Assembly (NCBI GenBank): GCA_022711395.1
Contig: JAKLFA010000001.1
Coordinates: 3,277-67,276 of the forward strand
Source: Candidatus Omnitrophota bacterium
Lineage (GTDB): Bacteria > Omnitrophota > Gorgyraeia > Zapsychrales > JANLHA01
DNA length: 64,000 nt
Direction of reading: 5' to 3'
Below are positions 10,741 to 20,028 of this stretch, piece after piece (position 1 is the first letter of the stretch; every line of letters begins with the position of its first letter). The position numbers and the translations under genes are program-made. The notes beneath the pieces are model-generated. The model worked only from the letters and a program-made list of their open reading frames with translations, ran no database searches and was not told the DNA's origin.

Positions 10741-10847
10741 TATCGGTGGTGGGTTGTTTGTTCTGCAGATGGTGGAGATGATGGTTTTTTGAGGGTTCAT
10801 TTTAGAAAGAACGAGATCTCAACACTATAAACAAAGGGGAGGAAAGA

Positions 10848-12923
10848 ATGAATGATCTACTGTGGCTAGCGCCAACCTTTTCGGTTGCAGCGTTGGTGCT
10901 GGCGGCCTTCTTAACGGTCAGGATCCTTAAGAAGGAAGAAGGAACCGAAAAGATGAAGGAGATCGCCACGGCGGTCCGTGAGGGGGCATCGGCTTATTTG
11001 AATCGTCAGTATAAGACTGTTGCGGTTTTTTTTGTGGTTGTGTTTTTGGTCCTGGTTGTTCTGGCGTATTTAAAGACATTGTCATTTTTTGTTCCGATCG
11101 CATTTTTGACAGGGGGATTTTTTTCCGGATTATCAGGATTTTGCGGGATGAAGATCGCCACCGCTTCCTCTGCCAGAACAGCGAACGCCTGCCGTTCGTC
11201 CCTTAACGAGGGGCTGAGAGTCGCGTTTTCTTCCGGGTCTGTCATGGGATTTTCTGTTGTCGGGTTCGCTTTGTTGAATTTAACGGCCTGGTATTTCTTT
11301 TTGAAATGGTATTATGGCACGCATGCCCTTCCGGTCGGATTGGATGAACCGACAGCGATCACCAATGTCATGTTGACCGTTGGCCTGGGGGCCAGCTTTT
11401 TGGCCTTGTTCGCTCGCGTGGGCGGCGGGATCTTTACAAAAGCCGCTGACGTAGGGGCTGACCTTGTCGGAAAAGTTGAAGCGGGAATTCCGGAAGATGA
11501 TCCCCGAAATCCGGCGGTTATCGCTGATAACGTTGGGGATAACGTTGGCGATGTGGCGGGAATGGGCGCCGACCTGTTTGAATCCTATATGGGTTCGATC
11601 GTGGCCGCGGCATCTTTGGGTGTTGCTGCGGGGTTGGGTTTTAAAGGGGTCACCATGCCGATGGTCATCGCGGCTGTGGGGATTCTTTCTTCGATGGTGG
11701 GCATGGTTTTTGTGCGCACCGGGGAAGAAACATCTCAGAAGGTGCTGTTAAAGGCCCTTCATCAGGGTGTTTGGATCTCTTCCGCTTTGGTCGTGCTGTG
11801 TTCTTTTTTTGCTGTTCGTTTTATCTTAGGCGCAGAAAGCATGGGAGTCTTCTGGGCCATCATCAGCGGTTTAGCGGCTGGTCTTGTTATCGGATTCTTA
11901 ACCGAATATTACACGTCGTCTCATTTTAATCCCACAAAAACGATCGCCAAGTCTTCGGAGACAGGTCCGGCAACGGTCATTATTTCCGGCCTGGCTTCAG
12001 GGATGATCTCCACGGCTTTACCGGTCGTAGTTGTGGCGGTGGCGATTCTTTTTAGCTATAAATTCGCCGGCCTTTACGGGATCGCGATCGCGGCTGTTGG
12101 GATGCTTTCGACGTTGGGTATCACGCTGGCGACGGATGCTTATGGTCCGGTCGCTGACAATGCTGGCGGTAACGCCGAAATGGCCGGCCTCGAACCGGCT
12201 GTCCGCGTGAAAACGGATGCGTTGGATTCTTTGGGAAACACAACAGCAGCCACAGGAAAAGGGTTTGCTATCGGGTCAGCCGCTTTGACGGCCCTGGCTT
12301 TGATCGCTTCTTTTAAAGGCCAGATCGAGATCGCAGGCGGAACCTTGGTTTTGGATCTGCTTGATCCGAACGTTCTTGTCGGTATTTTTATCGGGGTCAT
12401 GATGCCGTTTGTGTTCTCGGCTTTGACCATGAGCGCGGTCGGCCGCGCCGCGGGCCAGGTTGTGGTCGAGGTCCGTCGTCAGTTCAAGGAAATCGTCGGG
12501 ATCATGGAAGGCAAAGGAAAACCCGATTACGCAAGCTGCGTGGACATTGTCACAACATCAGCCCTTAAAGAGATGATCGTTCCGGCCATGCTGGCGATCA
12601 TTGCTCCTATTGGTATCGGACTCTTGCTTGGTGTCAATAGTTTAGGAGGGCTCTTGATGGGCTCAACAGCGTCTGGTTTTGTCCTTGCTGTCATGATGGC
12701 CAATTCCGGCGGCGCCTGGGATAACGCCAAGAAGTATATTGAAGAAGGAAACTTCGGCGGGAAGGGTTCTCAGTGCCACAAGGCCGCGGTCGTGGGCGAT
12801 ACTGTTGGCGATCCTTTCAAAGACACATCAGGACCGAGCATCAATATTTTGATCAAATTGATGTCTATGGTCGCGATCGTTTTTTCTGCTTTTATCCTTC
12901 AATATGCGTTGAAATTGTTTTAA
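10848..12923 (+). CDS. hppA: membrane-bound proton/sodium-translocating pyrophosphatase
   Basis: 691 aa with about 16 TM helices. Motifs [11 protein letters not shown] and [27 protein letters not shown] has Ala at the K+-dependence position, indicating the K+-dependent subtype. Confidence 0.9.
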   Translation: MNDLLWLAPTFSVAALVLAAFLTVRILKKEEGTEKMKEIATAVREGASAYLNRQYKTVAVFFVVVFLVLVVLAYLKTLSFFVPIAFLTGGFFSGLSGFCGMKIATASSARTANACRSSLNEGLRVAFSSGSVMGFSVVGFALLNLTAWYFFLKWYYGTHALPVGLDEPTAITNVMLTVGLGASFLALFARVGGGIFTKAADVGADLVGKVEAGIPEDDPRNPAVIADNVGDNVGDVAGMGADLFESYMGSIVAAASLGVAAGLGFKGVTMPMVIAAVGILSSMVGMVFVRTGEETSQKVLLKALHQGVWISSALVVLCSFFAVRFILGAESMGVFWAIISGLAAGLVIGFLTEYYTSSHFNPTKTIAKSSETGPATVIISGLASGMISTALPVVVVAVAILFSYKFAGLYGIAIAAVGMLSTLGITLATDAYGPVADNAGGNAEMAGLEPAVRVKTDALDSLGNTTAATGKGFAIGSAALTALALIASFKGQIEIAGGTLVLDLLDPNVLVGIFIGVMMPFVFSALTMSAVGRAAGQVVVEVRRQFKEIVGIMEGKGKPDYASCVDIVTTSALKEMIVPAMLAIIAPIGIGLLLGVNSLGGLLMGSTASGFVLAVMMANSGGAWDNAKKYIEEGNFGGKGSQCHKAAVVGDTVGDPFKDTSGPSINILIKLMSMVAIVFSAFILQYALKLF

Positions 12924-12947
12924 TATAAAGTAGTACTTTTATTAAAA

Positions 12948-13006
12948 CGGCGCACAGATGTGGACCTCAGTTCAGTTAAAGAACAGGGGTCCGCATCTGA
13001 GCGCCG
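12948..13006 (+). terminator. long imperfect hairpin downstream of hppA (terminator or regulatory stem-loop)
   Basis: The arms cggcgcAcagatgTggacc...ggtccGcatctgAgcgccg give roughly 19 bp with 2 mismatches around a 21-nt loop. A T-rich stretch (ttatattctt) follows. The hairpin sits 25 nt after the hppA stop. Confidence 0.45.
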
Positions 13007-13030
13007 TTATATTCTTCAAGCGCATCCCAT

Positions 13031-14575
13031 ATGAACAAACATGTTGAATTCAGTGAACCGCATCATCCTCGCCCGCAGTGGCGTTCAAGGATGGGCTTTA
13101 TCCTTGCCGCTATGGGGTCCGCCGTTGGGCTGGGAAATATCTGGCGTTTTTCTTATTTGTGCTATAAGAATGGCGGAGGGGCCTTTTTGATCCCTTACGC
13201 GATCGCGATGGTCGTGGTGGGGATCCCTTTGATGGTTCTGGAGCTGGGGCTTGGGCACAAAATGCGCGGGTCCGCCCCGATGAGCTTTGCCAAGGTGAAC
13301 CGTCATTGGGAATGGTGCGGCTGGTGGGCGGTCACTTGCGCGATGTTCGGTATCATGCTGTATTATTCCGCGGTCATCGCCTGGTGCGTGAATTATGTGT
13401 TCTTTTCGATCAATCTTTCGTGGGGGGCGGATACCAAAGCGTTTTTCTTTCAGCAGTTCCTGCAGATCTCAGACGGGCCCCTTCAGATCGGGGATATCAG
13501 GGCTCCCATCCTCTTGAGCCTGATGACCGTTTGGGGCGTTTGCTGGATGATTGTTTTTTTCGGAGTCCAGAAGGGCCTTGAAAGGGCCAATAAAATTTTC
13601 ATGCCGCTATTGTTTTGTCTGATCGCCATTTTAGTGGTTTGGAGTTTGAACCTTAAAGGTGCGATGGAGGGGATCCGTGTTTATCTAAGCCCGGATTTTT
13701 CTCAATTATCCAGACCGCAGATCTGGATCGACGCTTTTTCACAGATCTTTTTTTCGCTTTCCTTGGCCTTCGGCATCATGGTGACGTACGCTTCATATCT
13801 GCCTCGCAAAGCCGACATTGTGCAGGACGCCGTGGTGATCAGCATTGGAGATTGTCTTTTTTCTGTGATAGCCGGATTCGCCGTCTTTGGTACGTTGGGA
13901 TATATGGCCCAGGCGCTGGGAAAACCTGTCAGTGAAGTTGTGACCCAGTCCATAGGACTGGCGTTCGTGACTTATCCTGAGGCGATCAGCAACATGCCGG
14001 CGTTTTCCAAGGCTTTTGGGGTGATCTTTTTTTCGGCTTTGGTTCTGGCCGGGTTGACAAGCGGGATCTCTTTGGTCGAAGCGTTTAGCGCCGCGATCAT
14101 TGATAAATTTCATTTTTCGCGCAAAACAGTTGTTTCGGTGGTTTGTCTGACGGGTTTTTTAGGAAGCATTATCTTTACGGCTAAGAGCGGCTTGTTCTGG
14201 GTTGATATCCTGGATCACTTCATTACGAATTACGGTCTTGTGATCATTGGGATTTTGGAATGTATTTTAGTCGGATGGGTCTTGGGGGCGAGGCATTTAA
14301 GGGAACATGTCAATCATGCCGGCGGGATCGTGATGACACGGTTTTGGGATATTAGCGTGCGTGTTATAGCTCCCGCCGTTCTGGGTATTTTGCTTTTCAA
14401 CAGCTTGCATAATGAATTCAGGGCCCCGTATGAGGGTTATCCGTGGGTCTCTATCATTTTGATCGGCAGGGATTGGGTCGTTGGAGCGTTGATCGTCGCG
14501 TTGTTCATGGCCATGTATCCCTGGAAGCGCGCATTGGAATCTGAGGAAGGCTCAGGCCTTCATAATAAATCTTAA
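13031..14575 (+). CDS. sodium-dependent neurotransmitter:sodium symporter (NSS/SNF) family transporter
   Basis: N-terminal NSS signature GLGNIWRFSYLCYKNGGGAFLIPY, about 12 TM helices, 514 aa. Confidence 0.85.
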   Translation: MNKHVEFSEPHHPRPQWRSRMGFILAAMGSAVGLGNIWRFSYLCYKNGGGAFLIPYAIAMVVVGIPLMVLELGLGHKMRGSAPMSFAKVNRHWEWCGWWAVTCAMFGIMLYYSAVIAWCVNYVFFSINLSWGADTKAFFFQQFLQISDGPLQIGDIRAPILLSLMTVWGVCWMIVFFGVQKGLERANKIFMPLLFCLIAILVVWSLNLKGAMEGIRVYLSPDFSQLSRPQIWIDAFSQIFFSLSLAFGIMVTYASYLPRKADIVQDAVVISIGDCLFSVIAGFAVFGTLGYMAQALGKPVSEVVTQSIGLAFVTYPEAISNMPAFSKAFGVIFFSALVLAGLTSGISLVEAFSAAIIDKFHFSRKTVVSVVCLTGFLGSIIFTAKSGLFWVDILDHFITNYGLVIIGILECILVGWVLGARHLREHVNHAGGIVMTRFWDISVRVIAPAVLGILLFNSLHNEFRAPYEGYPWVSIILIGRDWVVGALIVALFMAMYPWKRALESEEGSGLHNKS

Positions 14576-14609
14576 AAGATCGGTTTGGAATTATTTAAAG
14601 GAGATTTAG

Positions 14610-15017
14610 ATGAGAGAGTCTGCTATTGGAAAAAACATTGTTTTGACCTTGGTCGCCATCATGATGATCGTTCTGAACGGTTGTGTGTATTTGGTAGTCG
14701 GGGGGGTGGGGGCCCTTGGCGGTTATGTTGTCAGCCCGGATACAGTCGAAGGCGTTTTGAATGATTACGATATGGATCAGGTATGGGGGGCATCCAAGGA
14801 TGTGGTCACCATGATGGGCGTGATCATGGAAGAAAGCGAAGGAGTCGGGATCATGATCGCCCAGCTGCAAAACACGCGGGTGACGATCACGGTTTCGAGA
14901 ATGGGATATGAAGGGTCAAAATTGACCGTTAAGGCGCGCCGGTCCGTGTTTCCGCGTATTAAGATCGCTCAGGACGTTTATATGAAGGTTGTAAGTCGTC
15001 TCGAGGCCGGGCGTTGA
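14610..15017 (+). CDS. small lipoprotein-like secreted protein
   Basis: N-terminal hydrophobic segment with an LNGC lipobox-like site. GGAG RBS upstream. Confidence 0.4.
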   Translation: MRESAIGKNIVLTLVAIMMIVLNGCVYLVVGGVGALGGYVVSPDTVEGVLNDYDMDQVWGASKDVVTMMGVIMEESEGVGIMIAQLQNTRVTITVSRMGYEGSKLTVKARRSVFPRIKIAQDVYMKVVSRLEAGR

Positions 15018-15213
15018 TCCTGAAATTTCTAGTATTGACAAGAGGCGGTCCGTTGATTAAAATAAGGCCTCATTTGCGAAGTTTCAGTTAAAAACGATTG
15101 TTCTAAGAACCTTTCCGCCCGTTAGTCTGTGGCGGACTTATCATATGTGGCTATACAAAGGGTTCATTTTTGGGTTCTGTTGAAACCCAAAGGTCTTTGA
15201 AATGTTTAATGAT

Positions 15214-15289
<76 letters not shown>

Positions 15290-15432
15290 TTTCTTAAGTA
15301 AAATAAGGAATGCGTAGCGCAAAAGCAGTTCCTGTTTTGTGATAGAAAAGAATCGCTTCAAAGACCGGTTCATAGATCGGTTTTGGCATCCTTTAGGCAG
15401 GATCACAGAGTGGCAAAAAAAGGGAGAGTGTT

Positions 15433-15918
15433 ATGAAAAGAGCAATGATGGTGTTTGTGCTGGTTGCGGTGGTGTTGGTGGTTGGGGTTCCTGTATGGGC
15501 GCAGGATGCGCATTTACAGGCAGCAGAAGATTTTTTGGTCGCATTGAAGGTCCCTGAACAGATGAAACAGGCAACGGATGACTATATTGATCTCATGCTT
15601 CAAGGTCAGCCTATGATGGCCCCGTATCGAGCAACGATCAAAGCGTTCTATGACAAATATGTGAGTTGGGAAGCGTTGCGCGCAGAATATCTGCAGATTG
15701 TCACCGGTCTTTGGTCTGAGCAGGACCTCAAGGACCTTACGGCCTTTTTCAAGGGCGAGACTGGGCAAAAGTTCGTTAATCAGCAAGGTGAGCTGTTCCA
15801 GAAGACTTCGGAGCTTGGTTTCCGCGCGGCTCAGGAGCATCAGGATGAGTTGATCGCTAATATTCAGGCTGAGGCCGAAAAGTATCAGGCGCCGGCAAAC
15901 CCAGCTGCTATCCAGTAA
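15433..15918 (+). CDS. secreted hypothetical protein (signal peptide; DUF2059-like)
   Basis: Signal peptide MKRAMMVFVLVAVVLVVGVPVWAQ. GGGAGAG RBS upstream. Confidence 0.5.
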   Translation: MKRAMMVFVLVAVVLVVGVPVWAQDAHLQAAEDFLVALKVPEQMKQATDDYIDLMLQGQPMMAPYRATIKAFYDKYVSWEALRAEYLQIVTGLWSEQDLKDLTAFFKGETGQKFVNQQGELFQKTSELGFRAAQEHQDELIANIQAEAEKYQAPANPAAIQ

Positions 15919-15944
15919 ATAGAGTAGATGTCCAAGGGTTATAG

Positions 15945-15982
15945 GGAAATGCCGGTTTTTATAAAGCCGGCATTTCCTTTTC
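15945..15982 (+). terminator. Rho-independent terminator
   Basis: ggaaatgccgg...ccggcatttcc inverted repeat followed by TTTTCG, 27 nt after the stop of the preceding gene. Confidence 0.7.
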
Positions 15983-16021
15983 GTAAATAAGTTTTAATAA
16001 AGGTTCAATAAGAAATTCAAG

Positions 16022-16094
16022 GCCGACGTAGCTCAGATGGTAGAGCAGCGCATTCGTAATGCGCGGGCCGGGGGTTCGATTCCTCTCGTCGGCT
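16022..16094 (+). tRNA. tRNA-Thr (CGT)
   Basis: Acceptor gccgacg/cgtcggc, D arm gctcagatggtagagc, anticodon stem gcgca/tgcgc with loop ttCGTaa, T loop ttcgatt. No encoded CCA. A T-run follows. Confidence 0.75.
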
Positions 16095-16375
16095 TTTTAT
16101 TTTTTGATAAACGGCAGTTGCTGTTATGCGTTAAGGGCCTTTATTTGACGTAAACGATGGTCTTGAAATTCCCAGAAACTTATTGTTCAGCCGCATTTTT
16201 CGAACGCCGTCCGGCGCCCCATCGCAGTTCTGCATCGTTGTGCTCAGCGGCCCACATTGCTCGGAAAAGAAATTTCTGCGAAAAGATAAAATTCGAGATA
16301 AATCCGTTTAAAGCGACCGGAAAATGTTAGAATGAACATCAGAAACAACGATCCATTCAGAAAACGGTTTATGCT

Positions 16376-17629
16376 ATGATGCGATTTATTTCCGACATTC
16401 GAAACAAGAACTTCATGCGTTTGTGGTGGGCGCAGCTGATCTCCCAGTTCGGCGACCGCATCAATCAAATGGCCCTGATCGGGCTGGCATATGAATTGAG
16501 TGGAAAACAGCCATCAGCCACCGGGTTGGCAAAGATCCTGTCTTTCACGATCATTCCTGTCTTTATTATCGGTCCCGTGGCCGGCGTGTTTGTGGACCGC
16601 TGGGACCGCCGCAAGACGCTCTTTATTTGTGATATCATCCGGGGCGCGTTGGTCTTGACGATCCCGCTGGTGTTTTTCTTTTGGAAGACCCTGATTCCGA
16701 TTTATTGTGTTGTTTTTTTGGCCTTTGGCTGCAGCCGTTTTTCTGTTCCGGCCAAAATGTCGATCATACCGGAGATCGTGCATAAGGACCATTTGCTTAT
16801 GGCCAATTCCCTGATGACCACGACGGGAATGATCGCTTTTGCCTTTGGATGCGCCGCCGGAGGGTTTTTGGTGGAATGGTTCGGCGCCCGAGGGGGATTT
16901 TTCATTGACGCGGCCACATTTTTTATTTCTGCGGCCTTGATTATTACCATGACCCGAGACCTTGATTTTAGAATTGACCGCCAAGTCATTATCGATCATG
17001 GAAAAGAAATGCTGAAGATCGAGCATTCTTTTTGGCGAGAGATGAAAGAAGGGGCTCTGTATTTATTTCAAAAACGTGAAATACGGCTGATCATCGTTAT
17101 CTTGTTCATTTTGCTGGCCGCTGCCGGTTCGGTCTATGTTACCATTATCGTCTTTATTCAGGAGATCTTTAACAGTGTGACCCGCCACTTGGGCGTTTTG
17201 GCCGTGACCTTAGGGGTGGGCCTTTTTTTGGGAACGGTGGCTTATGGAAAATTCGGCAAGGCTTTGCCGTGGCACCGGACGGTCTTTTTGTGCCTGTTGT
17301 TGAGCGGGGCCATGATGATTTTGTTTGTTATCGGGATATCGAACTTTGCGAATGTGTGGCTGGCATTCATCCTGACGTTAGGGCTGGGTGTTGTAACAGG
17401 CCCGATCTTTATTGAATCTAACACGATCGTTCACCGGGTGGCTGATGAGCAGATGCACGGCAAGGTTTTTAGCTCCCTGGAGATCGTGATCCATCTGGGT
17501 TTTATGCTTGCGATGCTGGCCAGTTCTTTTCTGGCGGAGTTTTTTTCAGCGGCGGGTATCTTGAGCGCCGTGGGCGTTGTGGTCTGCATCGTCGGCGTCA
17601 GCGGCCTTATATGGTATAAAGAAAAGTAA
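16376..17629 (+). CDS. MFS transporter
   Basis: 12-TM profile with MFS motifs (GPVAGVFVDRWDRRKTL). Confidence 0.75.
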   Translation: MMRFISDIRNKNFMRLWWAQLISQFGDRINQMALIGLAYELSGKQPSATGLAKILSFTIIPVFIIGPVAGVFVDRWDRRKTLFICDIIRGALVLTIPLVFFFWKTLIPIYCVVFLAFGCSRFSVPAKMSIIPEIVHKDHLLMANSLMTTTGMIAFAFGCAAGGFLVEWFGARGGFFIDAATFFISAALIITMTRDLDFRIDRQVIIDHGKEMLKIEHSFWREMKEGALYLFQKREIRLIIVILFILLAAAGSVYVTIIVFIQEIFNSVTRHLGVLAVTLGVGLFLGTVAYGKFGKALPWHRTVFLCLLLSGAMMILFVIGISNFANVWLAFILTLGLGVVTGPIFIESNTIVHRVADEQMHGKVFSSLEIVIHLGFMLAMLASSFLAEFFSAAGILSAVGVVVCIVGVSGLIWYKEK

Positions 17630-17657
17630 CGCGGCGCCCTTTAGCAGGAGGGTCTTT

Positions 17658-18380
17658 GTGCCTAAAGAATATCAGTGCCTGGATTCAGGGGAGATCATTA
17701 AAAGCGTGGATCTTTTGTGCCGACGGATCTCGGAACGCTTTCCTGCTTCTGGGCTTTCAAAGGTCGCCCGTGAGGTTCTAGAAGTCGCTGAAACAGCTCA
17801 ATTGAAGGCTCGGGAGATCGGCCGGCCTAATTATTTTTTGCGCGCTACGATCGGGGTGGTGGTCTGTGTTTTTTCCGTTGGACTGGCTGAGGTCATTTTA
17901 AAGGTGAGGCTGCCGTTTCAATGTTCAAGTTTCAATGAATTTGTGCAGATCGCGGAAGCGGGTATCAGCAATTTGATTTTTATCGGCGCGGGCATTGCTT
18001 CATTGGTCGCTGTTGAAAACAAGATCAAGCGAAACCGCGCGGTGCTTTTGATGAGCGAATTGCGTTCTCTCGCTCATGTGGTGGACATGCATCAGTTGAC
18101 GAAGGATCCGGATTGTGCCTTGACCCCGCAATTCCGGACCCCATCCTCTCCACAGCGCGACATGTCCGCGTTTCAGCTTGCCCGGTATCTGGACTATTGC
18201 AGCGAGCTTCTGTCGTTGATCAGCAAGATCGCTTCGCTTTATGTCCAGAATTATGATGATCCGATCGTGGTAGAGACCGGCAATGATATTGAAAGCCTGA
18301 CAACGGGCCTGTCACAGAAGATATGGCAGAAGATCATCATTCTGGATAATCGCAAAAACGCTGCAGGCGGGGACAAATAA
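17658..18380 (+). CDS. hypothetical protein with a central TM segment
   Basis: GTG start 17658 with GCAGGAGGG RBS 5 nt upstream. The ORF-track ATG 17577 overlaps the MFS gene. Confidence 0.45.
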   Translation: MPKEYQCLDSGEIIKSVDLLCRRISERFPASGLSKVAREVLEVAETAQLKAREIGRPNYFLRATIGVVVCVFSVGLAEVILKVRLPFQCSSFNEFVQIAEAGISNLIFIGAGIASLVAVENKIKRNRAVLLMSELRSLAHVVDMHQLTKDPDCALTPQFRTPSSPQRDMSAFQLARYLDYCSELLSLISKIASLYVQNYDDPIVVETGNDIESLTTGLSQKIWQKIIILDNRKNAAGGDK

Positions 18381-18423
18381 GAGCAGCGTTGCGAAGATGT
18401 CTCTGGACGTGGCATACTTTTTA

Positions 18424-18470
18424 GCGTAGAGCGTAGAGCGTAGAGCGTAGAGCGTAGAGCGTAGAGCGGA
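18424..18470 (+). repeat. heptanucleotide microsatellite (GCGTAGA)x6 plus a partial unit
   Basis: Perfect tandem 7-mer copies in the gap between the hypothetical gene and purN. Confidence 0.95.
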
Positions 18471-18538
18471 AGATGTGGAGGCGCATTCCCAATGGATTCT
18501 GAAGGCGCGCATCCTCTTTAAGAGAAGAAAGGATCATT

Positions 18539-19141
18539 ATGCAAAAATTCGCGGTTTTTATTTCAGGGAGCGGGACGAACCTGCAGGCGATCATTGATGC
18601 TGTTAAGGCGGGAGATATCGCGGCTGAGCTTGCGTTGGTTGTCGCTGATCGTGAAGATGCTTATGGCTTGCAGAGGGCGGAAGCTGCCGGTATTAAAACA
18701 GCGGTCTTTAATCCAAAGAATTATACCAATCGTCAAAGCGTGGACCGCGACATGATGATCGCGATGAAAGAACATAAGATCGATTTCATTGTGCTGGCCG
18801 GGTATATGAGGTTATTGACCCCGTTCTTTATTAAGGAATATAAGAATGCTGTTTTGAACGTCCATCCGGCGATCTTGCCGTCTTTTCGGGGCATGGATGG
18901 GATCAAGGATGCCTTCACGTATGGCGTGAAGATCACCGGTGTGACAGTGCATTTTGTAGATGAAAAAATGGATCATGGCCCTATCATCGCTCAAGAAGCT
19001 TTTAGGGTCGCGGAAGACGACACGCTTGAGACCCTTGAGGCTAAGATCCACGCCGTTGAGCATAAACTTTATCCTAAAGCGATCAAACTTTTTGTGGATG
19101 GCAAGCTGAAGATCCAGGGCCGGCGAGTCATTGTTGAGTGA
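18539..19141 (+). CDS. purN: phosphoribosylglycinamide formyltransferase
   Basis: KFAVFISGSGTNLQAIIDA N-terminus and catalytic NVHPAILPSFRG...HFVDEKMDHGPII motifs. Confidence 0.88.
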   Translation: MQKFAVFISGSGTNLQAIIDAVKAGDIAAELALVVADREDAYGLQRAEAAGIKTAVFNPKNYTNRQSVDRDMMIAMKEHKIDFIVLAGYMRLLTPFFIKEYKNAVLNVHPAILPSFRGMDGIKDAFTYGVKITGVTVHFVDEKMDHGPIIAQEAFRVAEDDTLETLEAKIHAVEHKLYPKAIKLFVDGKLKIQGRRVIVE

Positions 19142-19211
19142 GACCGCAAAGAGATAAGGCCCGCCGTAAATCCATTCAAAGCTGACCTTTAAAGTTCTTT
19201 CGGGAGGACCT

Positions 19212-19994
19212 ATGAAACGACTGTTTGTTCTTTTTGTTTGCGCCTTATTTTTGAGCGTGAACGTGATCTCTGCTCGTGGGGAGGAAGAAAAACCATATGA
19301 TCACAGCGGTGTTGTCCGGGCCATCGGTCAGCTGCATCTACAGGCAAACGATTTCTGGCCGGAACATTTTCGGCAGGGGGAAGAACGGCGCCGGGGCAAT
19401 GAATTTGATCCGAGCGAATACTTCAGGGTCTTGACGCACATTGCTCCTGAACAAGGGTTTGTCCTGGAATATTTATATTGTGGCGGCATGAACGGCCGTC
19501 CGGTCTTTTATTGGAGGACGGTAATGGATCCCGGCCCTGAAAATTGTGAGTTCCCGGACCTTTTGGCTGGAAGGGGGACGGAACTCCAACGGATCGCCGC
19601 TCATTTAAAACTCGACGGAACATTGGAAAGTTTTTATGAACTGTTCGTTTTTAACACTCTGGCGGGGCAGTTCTATTTGAGCTGGCACGCCAATTATGAT
19701 GATACGCGGATCATTGTTTCGCAGGATGACGTTGAGGCGGTCATCGCGGAGGTCAACGGATCCGACTTCGGATCGTCCTTTGATGCCAGCCAAGAAAAGG
19801 AGGCCAGAGCTCTGGACGTGACCCCTCGCGTGGAATTCTGGGACGAGGAAGCGGCAGAGGTTTCAGTGGTGGTGTTTTCAAAATGGGGAGGTTTCCAGAG
19901 GATCACGCAAAGGATCCGCCGGCTTTTCCCCCACACGGTCCTTCATGAGCAGAACGAAAAGCTTGTCGAATATAATTGCGGGGTCATGTATTAA
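19212..19994 (+). CDS. secreted hypothetical protein
   Basis: Signal peptide MKRLFVLFVCALFLSVNVISA. No recognisable domain. Confidence 0.5.
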   Translation: MKRLFVLFVCALFLSVNVISARGEEEKPYDHSGVVRAIGQLHLQANDFWPEHFRQGEERRRGNEFDPSEYFRVLTHIAPEQGFVLEYLYCGGMNGRPVFYWRTVMDPGPENCEFPDLLAGRGTELQRIAAHLKLDGTLESFYELFVFNTLAGQFYLSWHANYDDTRIIVSQDDVEAVIAEVNGSDFGSSFDASQEKEARALDVTPRVEFWDEEAAEVSVVVFSKWGGFQRITQRIRRLFPHTVLHEQNEKLVEYNCGVMY

Positions 19995-20028
19995 AAGACA
20001 TTGCCGGGTTTCGTAAAAAGGAGGCGGC

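Noticed and set aside
18424-18470. Possible CRISPR array
   Set aside because: The units are 7 nt with no spacers. This is a microsatellite, not a CRISPR.
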